A stretch of DNA of 64,000 nt, taken from positions 608,001-672,000 of the forward strand of contig CAVRKK010000002.1 in the NCBI GenBank assembly GCA_963722385.1. The letters are read 5' to 3'. Below, piece by piece: positions 18,679-29,701 of the stretch. The notes under the pieces were generated by a model that worked only from the letters and a program-made list of their open reading frames with translations, was not told where the DNA came from and searched no databases. Made by a program: the position numbers and the translations under genes. Numbering within the stretch: the first letter of the stretch is position 1; the number at the start of each line of letters is the position of its first letter. This stretch comes from an uncultured bacterium (GTDB taxonomy: Bacteria > Babelota > Babeliae > Babelales > Babelaceae).

Positions 18679-19413
18679 TTACTCGATTGACTTCTTTAAT
18701 TCTGCAGCTTTAGCTACAGCTTCTTTTGGATTTTTGAAAATTTCAAAAATACGTTGCCAGCCAAGTCCAGAAAGCATATCAGCGAGCCCAAAAGGAGTAG
18801 CATGCCGGCCAAGCAATTTCTTGCATCCGGGCATGTGAGGATCGGCACCAAATCCAACGAGCAACGCAGCTAATATTTTACCAAGATCATCCATGCGACT
18901 AACTGCCCATGATAAGGGCGTGCATCCTTCTTCATCACGCTGGTTGGGGTTAGCCCCTTTTGATAAAGCATAAAGCGCTATGCCCCAGGCTGAAGCGAGT
19001 TCTTCAGGTGTTGATGCTGGGTATTGGAGGGCTTGGAACAGCAGTTTATTGAGCTCAGCCGTTGAAGTAAAGACTGGCTCTTTTGCCTCGCCATGCTTTA
19101 AAAAACCATCATATTGTGCTCGCTTATTAGCATCTGATAGAGTCTCATATGCTTCGGTAATTTTTACAAAGAAGGCTTGGTTTGCCACAGAAGGATTTTT
19201 ATCAGGATGATAGCGTAAGGCAAGATTTTTATAAGCGCGCCTCAGGTCAGCCTGAGATGCATCTTCGCTCACTCCCAAAAGCTCATAATAGTTTTTTACC
19301 TTTTCCGGTTGTTCTGTGGTGCCCCAGGAGCCAAACCAGCCCTGACTTGAGATCGGCATAAAGCTACATAAGAAAAGTAATGCAGTCGAAAATGATAATA
19401 TATTGATCTTCAT
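18679..19413 (-). CDS. Secreted DnaJ-domain plus ankyrin protein
   Basis: YYELLGV...YHPDKN...AYETLSD; GANPNQRDEEGCTPLSWA; signal peptide. Confidence 0.88.
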   Translation of the reverse strand: MKINILSFSTALLFLCSFMPISSQGWFGSWGTTEQPEKVKNYYELLGVSEDASQADLRRAYKNLALRYHPDKNPSVANQAFFVKITEAYETLSDANKRAQYDGFLKHGEAKEPVFTSTAELNKLLFQALQYPASTPEELASAWGIALYALSKGANPNQRDEEGCTPLSWAVSRMDDLGKILAALLVGFGADPHMPGCKKLLGRHATPFGLADMLSGLGWQRIFEIFKNPKEAVAKAAELKKSIE

Positions 19414-19876
19414 AGTGAATTCTCCTTAGCTTAATGAAATTAATTTTTAGCATTAATAGCGGATCAACATAATTATAATAATAGAAATAATTAACAGAAG
19501 TCAAGAAACAATATAGCTTCTGGCTGAAATATCCTTAAGTTAGTTATGCTCCTTTAACGCAATGAGCTGTGATACCTTTTATACCAGCTACATGCCCATT
19601 GATGCACGGCAAACGAGTAAGGCTTAATATAACGTTTTATGAGAGCTTTGTTTTTTTCACCGCAACGATAATTGGGCCAGGGATAAAAGAAGCCTGCCGA
19701 AAAGGTATGGTTACCCCTGGAACTTTAAGGGCTGTCTGAAGAAAGCAGCGTGTTAAGTGAAGAGGCCCCGTTCGCCTGAGTATAGCGTTTACGTCCTCTT
19801 TTGGTCCACCTGTAGTCAGTGTGTCTATGCACTGTTTGATAATAGGATGCTGAGCTACGATGTACGATGTTAAAAA

Positions 19877-22438
19877 TTAGCCGCAGCACTTCTTATATTT
19901 TTTGCCTGAGCCGCATGGGCATACCTCATTGCGTCCGGTGCGCTCATTTTTTTGAGCTGGCGTCGCTGCTGTTTCATTATCAGCAGTATCGCTTGCCCCG
20001 CGCATGCTCATCTGTTCCATCTCAAGTTCGCGCTTATGCTCTAACTCGTGCTGATCAAACCGCTCAATATTAAGATGGAAAATGTTATGGACAATTTCGC
20101 CTCCAATAGCACGCATCATGGCTTCAAACATGCCAAAAGCCTCTCTCTTGTATTCAAGAAGTGGATTTTTTTGGCCCCACCCGCGAAGGCCAATACCTTC
20201 TTTTAGGTGGTCAAGGTTGAGCATGTGCTGCTTCCATGCCTGGTCGATCGCCTCAAGCACCACCCATTTTTGGGCTTCATGCAAAAGCGCTGATCTACTC
20301 TCGCCTTCTGGTTTGCCATCATGCTCCGGCGTAATTGATTCATATTTTGACAAGAGATATTCCGCCAGATCAGTGCGCAACCCTTCGGCATTGTGCAGAT
20401 CAATTTTTTGCTCCTTAAGCTGCTCAGCTGTTGTGCTGGCTAAAGTGCTGACCGCTGCCAAGACCTCATCAAGAGCTTCTGCTGGCAGAGCGCCCTTGGG
20501 GGCGTGGGCAGCAAAAATGTTCTCAATTACCGCATTGATCTGGTCACGTACCAGGGCAAGGACGTTGTCATGGCCTTCAAGCGCATGGCGCCGGCAACGG
20601 TATACCACGTTGCGCTGTTGGTTGAGAACGTCATCATATTCGATCAGGTGCTTGCGTGATTCAAAGTTTTGTTTTTCTATCTTTTCTTGGGCATTTTCAA
20701 TGATACGGGATACGAAGCGCGATTCTATGACCTCATCTTCTTTCATGCCAAAGCGATGCATATTCTTTTGCAAGCTTTCCCCGGCAAAGATCCGGATTAT
20801 GTCGTCATCAAGAGAGATATAAAAACGGGATTCGCCGCGATCTCCCTGGCGGCCCGATCTGCCGCGTAGCTGATTATCGATACGGCGGCTTTCATGGCGT
20901 TCAGTACCTAAAATATAGAGTCCTCCTGCTTCCCGCGACTCTGGCGTAAGCTTGATATCAGTACCACGCCCGGCCATATTGGTCGCGATCGTTACGCGAC
21001 CGGCTTCGCCCGCGTATTGAATAATTTCTGCTTCACGCGCGTGATTTTTGGCGTTAAGCACTTCATGTGGTATCCCATTGCTCGTTAAGATATCGCTTAG
21101 TAACTCCGACGTAGCGACGGCAATCGTACCTATAAGAATAGGCTGACCCTTGGTATGGCGCTCTTTAACGTCTTCAACAATCGCTTTATACTTTGCCGCC
21201 TTGGTGAGGAATATGACATCATTTTTATCGGCACGGATAAGCTTCTGATTAGTAGGAACTGAGACCACATCAAGCTTATAAATTTTCCAAAACTCTTCTG
21301 CCTCGGTAGCGGCGGTCCCCGTCATACCAGCTAACTTTTTATAAAGCCTGAAGTAATTTTGGAGCGTAATAGAAGCCAGTGTTTGGCTTTCGCGCTCGAT
21401 TTTTACGCTTTCCTTGGCCTCAAGCGCTTGGTGTAATCCATCACTGTAGCGTCGGCCCGGTAAAATTCTACCAGTAAATTCATCAACAATAAGCACTTGG
21501 TCATCCCTGATGACATAGTCCACGTCTCGCTTGAAGAGCGCGTGGGCGCGCAAAGCCTGATTGATATGATGTAACAGCTTAAGGTTTTCCATGAAGTAGA
21601 GATTCTTAATACCAAAAGCTGCTTCTACCTTATCAATAGCGGTCTCGGTCATTTGCGCCGTGCGCATTTTTTCATCAAGCTCGTAATCAGTGTCTTTCTT
21701 AAAATGACTTACGACGGCGTTAGTTTCTTTGTAAAGCTTGCTGCTTTCTTCTGCTGGACCGGAAATAATGAGCGGTGTACGTGCTTCGTCAATCAGGATC
21801 GAGTCGACTTCGTCAACAATGGCGTACGATAAGTCACGCTGGACGTAATCATCCAGCCTAAATTTCATATTGTCCCGTAAGTAGTCAAAGCCAAGCTCAT
21901 TGTTGGTCGCGTATAATACGTCGGACTGATACGTCGCTTTGCGCTCATGATCAGACATCCAATTTTGGATACAGCCGATTTTCAAGCCGAGTGCTTTATA
22001 AATGGCTCCCATCCACTCGGCATCCCGCCGCGCAAGGTAATCATTGACGGTGACCAAGTGTGCTCCGCGCCCGGTGAGCGCATTAAGATAAAGAGGCAGC
22101 GTAGCGGTGAGCGTTTTGCCCTCGCCTGTCTTCATCTCGGCTATTTTGCCCTCATGTAAAGCGATTCCGCCCATAAGCTGAACATCGAAGGGACGTTGAC
22201 CGAGCTTACGCTTGGCAGTTTCGCGTACCAGAGCGAACGCCTCAGGCAAGATATCATCAAGTGATTTGCCCTGATCAATCTGCGTACGAAACTCATTGGT
22301 CTTTGCCGGAATCTGCTCGTCACTCAGTGCCTGCATTCGCGGCTCAAGCGCATTGATCTGCTCGACCAGAGAAGAAAGACGGCGTAGCTTGCGCTCGTTT
22401 GCCGTGCCAAAAACTTTTGCCAAAATACGTGCTATCAT
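19877..22438 (-). CDS. secA: Preprotein translocase ATPase SecA
   Basis: MKTGEGKT, DEVDSILIDEARTPLIISG, SRRIDNQLRGRSGRQG, SEC-C CPCGSGKKYKKCC. Confidence 0.98.
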   Translation of the reverse strand: MIARILAKVFGTANERKLRRLSSLVEQINALEPRMQALSDEQIPAKTNEFRTQIDQGKSLDDILPEAFALVRETAKRKLGQRPFDVQLMGGIALHEGKIAEMKTGEGKTLTATLPLYLNALTGRGAHLVTVNDYLARRDAEWMGAIYKALGLKIGCIQNWMSDHERKATYQSDVLYATNNELGFDYLRDNMKFRLDDYVQRDLSYAIVDEVDSILIDEARTPLIISGPAEESSKLYKETNAVVSHFKKDTDYELDEKMRTAQMTETAIDKVEAAFGIKNLYFMENLKLLHHINQALRAHALFKRDVDYVIRDDQVLIVDEFTGRILPGRRYSDGLHQALEAKESVKIERESQTLASITLQNYFRLYKKLAGMTGTAATEAEEFWKIYKLDVVSVPTNQKLIRADKNDVIFLTKAAKYKAIVEDVKERHTKGQPILIGTIAVATSELLSDILTSNGIPHEVLNAKNHAREAEIIQYAGEAGRVTIATNMAGRGTDIKLTPESREAGGLYILGTERHESRRIDNQLRGRSGRQGDRGESRFYISLDDDIIRIFAGESLQKNMHRFGMKEDEVIESRFVSRIIENAQEKIEKQNFESRKHLIEYDDVLNQQRNVVYRCRRHALEGHDNVLALVRDQINAVIENIFAAHAPKGALPAEALDEVLAAVSTLASTTAEQLKEQKIDLHNAEGLRTDLAEYLLSKYESITPEHDGKPEGESRSALLHEAQKWVVLEAIDQAWKQHMLNLDHLKEGIGLRGWGQKNPLLEYKREAFGMFEAMMRAIGGEIVHNIFHLNIERFDQHELEHKRELEMEQMSMRGASDTADNETAATPAQKNERTGRNEVCPCGSGKKYKKCCG

Positions 22439-22658
22439 GCTTACCTCAATTTCATAAACTTTTTATAATAGAGAGTATATACCATCTGCTCGGGGAATGT
22501 AATAGACAAGATGTCAGCTTGGCTCATCGAAATTTGCTTCGGCTTGTCGCTCTGGCCCCTGCACGGTTTATTTCTATTTGCAGTATTTATACTATAGCAA
22601 AAAAAATGATTTTGGTCCACTGGGGTAGCTTATGGGCTCCTACTTCGGAGAAAGCCCG

Positions 22659-23846
22659 TCAAGTTTCGTAAATAGCATCAATAAGGTTCGCTGCAGATTG
22701 CCAGCTTAACACGACTCCCCTACTTCTTTTTTGGTTTTCCGTACCGGCATAGAGTACAAAACTTTGGGTGACCGCAGACTGAGCCAGAGCTTTAAAATGC
22801 TCTAATCCTACAAAATAATCGTCAACAACTGTTCTTCCAGCTTTAATTTCGATAGGAAACAGGTGGGTACCTTTTTCAAGAATACAATCAACTTCATTGC
22901 CATGATTGTCACGCCAAAAATAGAGATTAGGCATACGACTTGTGTCGTAGTACTGCTTAAGCAAGTCGCTTACCAGCAATGATTCTACCAATCCGCCTCT
23001 TAAATAGTGTGTTCGGACTTGCTCCACAGATTCTATGTTGAGAAGCGAGCACGCAAGCCCTGTGTCATAAAAGTATAGTTTTGGTGTTTTGACCACGCGT
23101 TTACTAAAATTTTTGTAATAAGGCTGTAATAGAAAAATAATGTAGCTGGCCTGAAGCAAGGATAACCATGTCTCGGCAGTACGCAGATTAATACCGCAAT
23201 CATTGGCTAAAGATGAAACATTAAGTAATTGGCCAATTCTGCCTGCGCAGAGCTGCATAAAAAGCTTAAACGTTGTCAAATCACCTATGGTAGTTACCTG
23301 TCTTACGTCTCTTTCGATATACGTAAGTATATAGCTAGGATACCAAAGTGTAGGAGAGACAGCATGGGAGTACAGCTTTACGTAAAATCCTTTGTAAATA
23401 ACTTCCTCAATAGTTTGTGGTAATAAAGCATGTGCTTCAAGTTCAGCAATTGATAAAGGAAGTAATGTTAAAATAGCTATTCTTCCAGCAAGTGTTTGTG
23501 TGATGGCTTGATTGATCAAAAAATACTCCGATCCAGTTAAGATAAAGTATCCTGGTATATTATCTTGATCAACTTGGGTTTGGATATAAGAAAGAATGCT
23601 CGGCGCGTTCTGAATTTCATCCAGGATAAGACCATGAGGATTTTTGTGAAATTCTAAGAATTCTCTTGGGTCTTGGGTTGCTTGTGCACGCTTATCTAAG
23701 TCTTCCAAAGATATGTAGACGTGTTGGTTGAAAGTAAGGCGAGCAAGAGTCGTTTTTCCTGATTGACGAGGTCCCATAAGAGCAACAACGGGCAGTTGCT
23801 TTGCAGCTGAGCGTAAAACGGTCGTAAGCTGTCTGGGAATAACCAC
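22659..23846 (-). CDS. AAA+ ATPase with DUF4143-type C-terminus
   Basis: GPRQSGKTT, ILDEIQ, LAGR, PKLYFYDTGL, EVD..PIEIK. Confidence 0.88.
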   Translation of the reverse strand: MVIPRQLTTVLRSAAKQLPVVALMGPRQSGKTTLARLTFNQHVYISLEDLDKRAQATQDPREFLEFHKNPHGLILDEIQNAPSILSYIQTQVDQDNIPGYFILTGSEYFLINQAITQTLAGRIAILTLLPLSIAELEAHALLPQTIEEVIYKGFYVKLYSHAVSPTLWYPSYILTYIERDVRQVTTIGDLTTFKLFMQLCAGRIGQLLNVSSLANDCGINLRTAETWLSLLQASYIIFLLQPYYKNFSKRVVKTPKLYFYDTGLACSLLNIESVEQVRTHYLRGGLVESLLVSDLLKQYYDTSRMPNLYFWRDNHGNEVDCILEKGTHLFPIEIKAGRTVVDDYFVGLEHFKALAQSAVTQSFVLYAGTENQKRSRGVVLSWQSAANLIDAIYET

Positions 23847-23962
23847 AAGGTAGACCTTTCAAAATAATTTGTACTTATCTTACATAAAATGTAAAAATTG
23901 TACAAGATAGATGAAGAGAAAATGCAGAAACGCTCGTTCCGAGCTTTTAATTGATAAGCATG

Positions 23963-26251
23963 TTAGAGAGCATCATTCCCTAATGGTTCATTTTTGCCAA
24001 AGTTAACGCTTCCTCTTTTACGATGCTGCACGTATTTATAAAATAACCAGGTGCTCACTCCACCTATAACGGTTATAAGAACAAGACCTGCGGGAATGCC
24101 AACCGTTGTTCCAATGATAAGACCTAAAGGTAGGTTGCTGCCGCTCCCCGTTCCAGAGCCAAGCAAGGGGAATACGGACACATCATTTGATGCGCTATTA
24201 GCCGTTGCAAGCACTATGCCTCCATCGCTTAAACTAAGTGGCGAAAAGGCAAGCGCTACATCATTGCTTGATTGGATAGGTAAATCATACGTTGTACCTT
24301 CGCTTAAAACACCATGAGAAAAACTATAAAGCGTAATACTATTAGAATTGCTATTGGCTGTCGAAAGATACGCATCATCAACTGAGGCAGCAATAAAAAC
24401 AGGATATACGGTACCTTGAGGTAATGGATATGATTGACCTGCTTCAAGTATACCTGCTACAAGAGGAAAGATTGATACGTCATTTGATTTACTATTTGCT
24501 GTCGCTATAAATAACTCATGAGCGCTTGAATCAGACAAAAAAGTGAGTGAATTTGGTGTGCTTGAATTGCGCGGTAGTAATTGTGAAGATACGATACTTG
24601 CTATGCCATTTGCGAAAGAAAAAAGAGTTACGTCATTTGAATAGGCATTTGCTGTAGCAAGGAATGAGCCACTCGGTGAAAATGCCACTGCTACCGGTTC
24701 TTTAGATCCCATTGGTAGCGCGTAGGAAAGAGCATTTACGAGTGCTCCTTCAGCTACCTTAAAGAGAGTTATATCACCTGATTTGCTATTGGCAAGTGCA
24801 AGATAGAGGTTGTCTGGTGAAAAATTGACTGATACAGGCTCAGTCGAATTTGCTGGCAATGGATATGATGTTGCATTTGTCAATGTTCCTCCTGCGAGGG
24901 TAAATAAAGTAACATCATTTGACTGGCTGTTAGCTGTGGCTAGATGCTCCGTATCAAAAGAAAAAGCGATACCTGACGGGAATGATGATCCAGCAGGCAA
25001 CGAGTAAGATGTACCGCTGTTAAGCACACTTCCGGAATTTACCGTAAAAAGCGTTACATCGCTTGTACCATAGTTTGCTGTTGCAAGATACAATCCATCT
25101 CTTGAAAAAGCAATCGCCACTGGGTCTGTTGAGTTAGCTGGCAATGGGTATGATGTCGCAGAGTTGGTTACACTTGTAGCACATCCAATAGTAGGTAGTA
25201 TAACGACGGTGTTAGACGTCGCATTAGCGACAGCTACATACTGACCGGAAGGTGAAAATGCTAATGAAAAGGGATCTTGTGAGCCGGATGGCAAACTATA
25301 GGAAGTAGCTGCACTTAGGACGCCATTCGGCCCCATAGTAAAAATAGTAACATTGTTTGAGGTGCTATCACCTATAGCTACATAATTACCTAATGGTGAG
25401 AACGTTATCCCAACGCCGGGAGTAGTAGAGCCAACAGGCAAAGGATAAGAAGTGCCATTGCTTAATATTCCTCCTGCTTCTACACTAAAAACAGTGACAC
25501 TATTAGAACCATCATCACTAACAACTAGATAATTACCCAGTTGAGAAAATGCTGCAAGAACAGGATCCGTAGAACCAGCAGGCAAAGGATATGATGTACC
25601 TCCGCTTAAAATACCCCCTGCTCCTACTTGAAAGATGGTTACGTTATTTGAGGTATTATTAGCGGTAGCCAAATACGCGCCGGATGGTGAAAATGCTACT
25701 GAGCCTGTTTGAGAAGACCCCGCTGGTAAAGGGTAAGAAGTACCATTGCTTAAAGCGCCTCCTGCTCCCACGCTGAATAGAGTAACATTGTTTGAGCTGC
25801 TATTAGCGATAGCCAAATAGTCACCTGCTGGAGAAAATGCTACTTTAACCGGCCCATTAGAACCTGAGGGCAATGCATATGAAGTTGCTCCCGATAATAT
25901 TCCTGCTCCCACTTGGAATATTGTTACATCATTTGATGAACTATTAGCAGTAGCAAGATAGAGACCATTCGGTGAAAATGCTAATCCCTGAGGAGCGATT
26001 GAACCAGCAGATACGGGATACGACGTGCCAGCATTTAATAAGCCTTGAGCACTTATGGTAAACAAGGTAACATCATTTGAACCATTGTTAGCAGTGGCTA
26101 TGTAAGTCCCATCTGGTGAAAAAGCTATATAAATAGGGCCACTCGAACTGGCAGGAATGGCATAAGGTGTACCTGATAGTAACGAGCATGTTTCAGAAGT
26201 TTGTACGTTTACCGTGAAAAATATGAGGCAAAATAAAGCAGCAATTTTCAT
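23963..26251 (-). CDS. Membrane-anchored beta-propeller repeat surface protein
   Basis: Many AFSPxGxYLATANxxSNxVT repeats, signal peptide, C-terminal TM helix plus basic tail. Confidence 0.85.
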   Translation of the reverse strand: MKIAALFCLIFFTVNVQTSETCSLLSGTPYAIPASSSGPIYIAFSPDGTYIATANNGSNDVTLFTISAQGLLNAGTSYPVSAGSIAPQGLAFSPNGLYLATANSSSNDVTIFQVGAGILSGATSYALPSGSNGPVKVAFSPAGDYLAIANSSSNNVTLFSVGAGGALSNGTSYPLPAGSSQTGSVAFSPSGAYLATANNTSNNVTIFQVGAGGILSGGTSYPLPAGSTDPVLAAFSQLGNYLVVSDDGSNSVTVFSVEAGGILSNGTSYPLPVGSTTPGVGITFSPLGNYVAIGDSTSNNVTIFTMGPNGVLSAATSYSLPSGSQDPFSLAFSPSGQYVAVANATSNTVVILPTIGCATSVTNSATSYPLPANSTDPVAIAFSRDGLYLATANYGTSDVTLFTVNSGSVLNSGTSYSLPAGSSFPSGIAFSFDTEHLATANSQSNDVTLFTLAGGTLTNATSYPLPANSTEPVSVNFSPDNLYLALANSKSGDITLFKVAEGALVNALSYALPMGSKEPVAVAFSPSGSFLATANAYSNDVTLFSFANGIASIVSSQLLPRNSSTPNSLTFLSDSSAHELFIATANSKSNDVSIFPLVAGILEAGQSYPLPQGTVYPVFIAASVDDAYLSTANSNSNSITLYSFSHGVLSEGTTYDLPIQSSNDVALAFSPLSLSDGGIVLATANSASNDVSVFPLLGSGTGSGSNLPLGLIIGTTVGIPAGLVLITVIGGVSTWLFYKYVQHRKRGSVNFGKNEPLGNDAL

Positions 26252-26421
26252 TAAAATCTCCTTTATTGTAATATTAGTTAATCTAGGCTCTCATGAAGAA
26301 AGAGTATATCAACAAACGTGCATTGAGCAAAAATTTTTCTTTTTAAGGGTGTAATTAAATCTGTTAGCTGGACTGACCATGTGGGTGTCAGAAGAGGCTT
26401 CGACCTTGGTTGCCCCCCAGA

Positions 26422-27165
26422 TCAGTTGTTCATGTACTTGAGCGATGCAATTGTTAGTTGCCGCTGTGCGTGTACGCCGTCGCGGCGGTATGAGCAGAAT
26501 GTCTTGTTACAGATGGTGCATAAGTTATAGCGTTGGTTAAATGCGGTGGTATCTAGCTCCGCGTTTTCAAGCTGAAGCTGATTAAAGAGCGCGACATCAA
26601 AAAAAACCTTGCCGTCACGTTCCACGACGGCTTGGTGGCCATAGGAAAATCGTTGAATTTTTGCAAGCACGTCTTCTTTGATTTCGTAGCAGCAAGCTTT
26701 GGCGGCGGGTCCCAAAAAAATTTTGAGATCGTCAAGCTGGCAGTCAAAAGCCTTTTGCATATGCTCGAGCATATGGAGGCTTACTTGTGCAAGCGAGCCA
26801 GCCCACCCTGCATGCGCTATGCCAAGTGTATTTGTCTTCGTATCGTATATAATAAGCGGTAGGCAGTCGCCGGAAGAAATGGCAAGTCCAACATGAGCAA
26901 GATTGGTTACGAGATAGTCACCCTCATAACGATAAGGCTGAAAGCGGTCGAGATCGCTCGCTCTCCTGATTGCATATCCCTGATTACCATGTACTTGTTT
27001 GAGTATAATAAGATTTTCAAGCGCTAGGCAACGACAAGCAAGGCGAAATTGAGAAATCTGCAAAAGGGCCTTGTCATCGCCAATATCGTAAAACTCTTCC
27101 CGCTCAAAAGCCGTTTGCTTGTCCCCCCAGCAAATCGAAAAAAGGGGCGCACTGTGAAGCAGCAT
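26422..27165 (-). CDS. pgeF: Peptidoglycan editing factor / purine nucleoside phosphorylase (YfiH/PgeF)
   Basis: QVHG, GDCLP, HAGWAG, GPAAKACCYEI, CTIC...SYRR. Confidence 0.9.
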   Translation of the reverse strand: MLLHSAPLFSICWGDKQTAFEREEFYDIGDDKALLQISQFRLACRCLALENLIILKQVHGNQGYAIRRASDLDRFQPYRYEGDYLVTNLAHVGLAISSGDCLPLIIYDTKTNTLGIAHAGWAGSLAQVSLHMLEHMQKAFDCQLDDLKIFLGPAAKACCYEIKEDVLAKIQRFSYGHQAVVERDGKVFFDVALFNQLQLENAELDTTAFNQRYNLCTICNKTFCSYRRDGVHAQRQLTIASLKYMNN

Positions 27166-27319
27166 CTATTTCTCCTTGAGTATTTGCATCACTTTAGCAC
27201 AACACGAGCAATTTGCATAACGCGAGCGAGGTCCTCTTGACGATCTACTCAGGCAATATATATACTGCCTATTATTATCAAATAATTATTTTTGATTTTG
27301 ATAAACCCAAGGGTAGCCA

Positions 27320-27805
27320 ATGGCAAAAGTTAGCCCTATCATAGTTTTTATACCACTTCTTTTGGGTGCTTTTCTTAAGCTGTGCTGTATGGAAGCGCCG
27401 GCTAACCATACGGTGCCACAAGAAAAATTATCTGATGATATCTTGAATGATATCGAAGAGCAGCTCCTGCTTAATTGTGGCTTGATAGGCAGTGTGCTCG
27501 AAAGAAGTGCCGACAGTGTCGTCTTTTACTTGCAGCTGGGCGCTGATATTAATTTTCGTGATCCACGTCAATATAATAACACGGCCCTCCATCTGGCTAT
27601 AATGTGCGATAATTTTGCAATTACCTGTTTACTTCTTGAATCAAAAGCAAAAACAACGATACGCAACAAGAAAAAACAGACTGCCCTTGATTTGGCAACC
27701 GCGATAGAGTCCTCGACTCGTGATATTGTCGAATATTATACTCAAGCCAACTTCGTAGGCGATATACTTGATATCGTCAGTCGCCCAAACGAAGAAAGCC
27801 CGTAG
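27320..27805 (+). CDS. Small secreted ankyrin protein
   Basis: GADINFRD...TALHLAI...TALDLA. Confidence 0.85.
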   Translation: MAKVSPIIVFIPLLLGAFLKLCCMEAPANHTVPQEKLSDDILNDIEEQLLLNCGLIGSVLERSADSVVFYLQLGADINFRDPRQYNNTALHLAIMCDNFAITCLLLESKAKTTIRNKKKQTALDLATAIESSTRDIVEYYTQANFVGDILDIVSRPNEESP

Positions 27806-27827
27806 AATGCTCAACGTTTGATACGGT

Positions 27828-28002
27828 TTACCTATCTATACCTGCCTCTTCTAAAAATCAACGTATCTTCTAATGCTCCTTTATTTGTGTCTTTCCTAGG
27901 AGGCGGTTGGTGAAAAGTAGCCTTAATTCCATTCAATTAAAAACGAACCCCAGAGCCAGGGCCTTCATCTACGAGCACCCCTAAATTAATCAACAATGAC
28001 TC
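27828..28002 (-). pseudogene. hicA: HicA toxin remnant
   Basis: ESLLINLGVLVDEGPGSGVRF*LNGIKATFHQPPPRKDTNKGAL.../FLEEAGIDR*: internal stop, frameshift and missing 5' end; resembles E. coli-type HicA. Confidence 0.75.
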
Positions 28003-28164
28003 GCAAGGATAAGGAAGCGTTTTTGGTATAAGGTCAGTGTAAACGTCTACCGAGTAGGAGGCATGGAAAGGGTAAAGACCGTAAAATGCAAACTTACCAT
28101 TGACGAGGAACAGGCAGCTCTTGTTCTAGATACCATTGCATTGCTCTCTAACAAAGTTGCATAG
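28003..28164 (+). mobile_element. IS200/IS605 tnpB 5'-end remnant
   Basis: RBS AGGAGG plus MERVKTVKCKLTIDEEQAALVLDT...; homologous copy on the minus strand at ~44690-44765. Confidence 0.6.
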
Positions 28165-28236
28165 ATTAGTTTAATTTGCTATGAAACTACTATTATTTGA
28201 TCCAAGAGCCTACAGAAGGAAGAGGAGGACAACCCG

Positions 28237-29607
28237 ATGAAAAAAGCTTTAGTAATATCGTTGTTATTATGCTTATTAAATACCATATTAGCATACGATG
28301 GAGAGCTTGACCCGACTTTTGGCCCCGGGCAAAATGGAACTGTTGTTATGAATTTTGATGGGCTTAACGATAAGATATTAGCTATCAAAGTACAGAGTGA
28401 TGGTAAAATATTAGCAGTAGGAGGGGTAGCCCTTGGAATACCTTCAAACGGAAGCTTCGCTATTGCTCGCTATAACTATCAAGGTGCATTGGATGGATCA
28501 TTTAATACCGATGGTGATATTCCTGGATTGGTTACCACGAGTTTTGGCCCCTCTATCGCAGCGGAGGCTGTTGATGCTCAAACTCAAAAAAATGGGAAGA
28601 TTCTTATAGCTGGTAATGCCTCGGGAAATAACTTTAGCTTTGCTTTAGCGCGGTATAATGTAAATGGAACACTTGATACATCTTTTAATGCGCAGAGCAA
28701 GAGTCCAGGAAAAGTAATCACTAATTTTTTGCAAAGTAACAATGACCGGCTTTCTGGAATGGTATTACAACCTGATGGTAAAATTGTTGTTGTAGGTAGT
28801 ACTCAAGCTCTAGAATATACTTCATTTGTTATTGCTAGATACAATGCAGATGGTAACTTAGATAAGTCTTTTAATTCTAACGGGCAACAGCCTGGTGCAG
28901 TTTTTATTGATTTCGGAAGCAAGTATTCTATAGCTACTGGTGTAGCCATACAAAGCGATAGCAAAATCATAGTAACTGGCCTTGACAATGTAGAAAGCGA
29001 ATATATTATAGCTCGTTTTACCGAAGATGGCTGCTTAGATAAATCTTTCAATCCTCAAGGGGAGCAGCCAGGAGTTGTTCGAGGTAATTTTTACTATGGT
29101 GCTGGCGTAACAGGCGTAATAGTCCAGGAAGATAATAAGATTGTTATTGCAGGATATGGTTCTTCGATTTTTTATTCATCATTTGCCATAGCTCGCTACT
29201 TGGAAGATGGTATGCCAGATATAACTTTCAATCCTAAGGGACCACAACCAGGTACAATCCTTACGCGCTTTAACAATGGAAGTGCTCAGGCATTGGCCAT
29301 TACTCTTCAAAAAGATGGAAAAATAATAGCTGTAGGACGAGATCAACTGCCAAGCCTACAAGTAAAATTCGCGCTTGCCAGATATACCATTAACGGTAGT
29401 CTTGATACTTTTTTTAATCCTAAGGGAGTACAACCGGGTACAGTCACTACAAGCTTCGGCGGTTCAGGAATTCCTGATGATGAGGCTTATAGTGTTGCTT
29501 TACAGGCTGACGGTAAAATAATAGTTGGAGGCTATACATATAGCTTAGGAGGCTTTAAATCATTTGCGTTAGCTCGTTACAAAGGAGCTTCGTTAATTAA
29601 TTTGTAA
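28237..29607 (+). CDS. Delta-60 repeat beta-propeller secreted protein
   Basis: Repeated QxDGKIvvxG...FALARYxxxGxLDxSFN. Confidence 0.9.
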   Translation: MKKALVISLLLCLLNTILAYDGELDPTFGPGQNGTVVMNFDGLNDKILAIKVQSDGKILAVGGVALGIPSNGSFAIARYNYQGALDGSFNTDGDIPGLVTTSFGPSIAAEAVDAQTQKNGKILIAGNASGNNFSFALARYNVNGTLDTSFNAQSKSPGKVITNFLQSNNDRLSGMVLQPDGKIVVVGSTQALEYTSFVIARYNADGNLDKSFNSNGQQPGAVFIDFGSKYSIATGVAIQSDSKIIVTGLDNVESEYIIARFTEDGCLDKSFNPQGEQPGVVRGNFYYGAGVTGVIVQEDNKIVIAGYGSSIFYSSFAIARYLEDGMPDITFNPKGPQPGTILTRFNNGSAQALAITLQKDGKIIAVGRDQLPSLQVKFALARYTINGSLDTFFNPKGVQPGTVTTSFGGSGIPDDEAYSVALQADGKIIVGGYTYSLGGFKSFALARYKGASLINL

Positions 29608-29701
29608 AAGATCAGAAAGAAAGATTTGTACCTTGGTTCCTGGTTCAAATGGTACGTTGGGAAGTAGATTTTAAAAGGTAGAAATTACGGCGTGCTCATG
29701 G

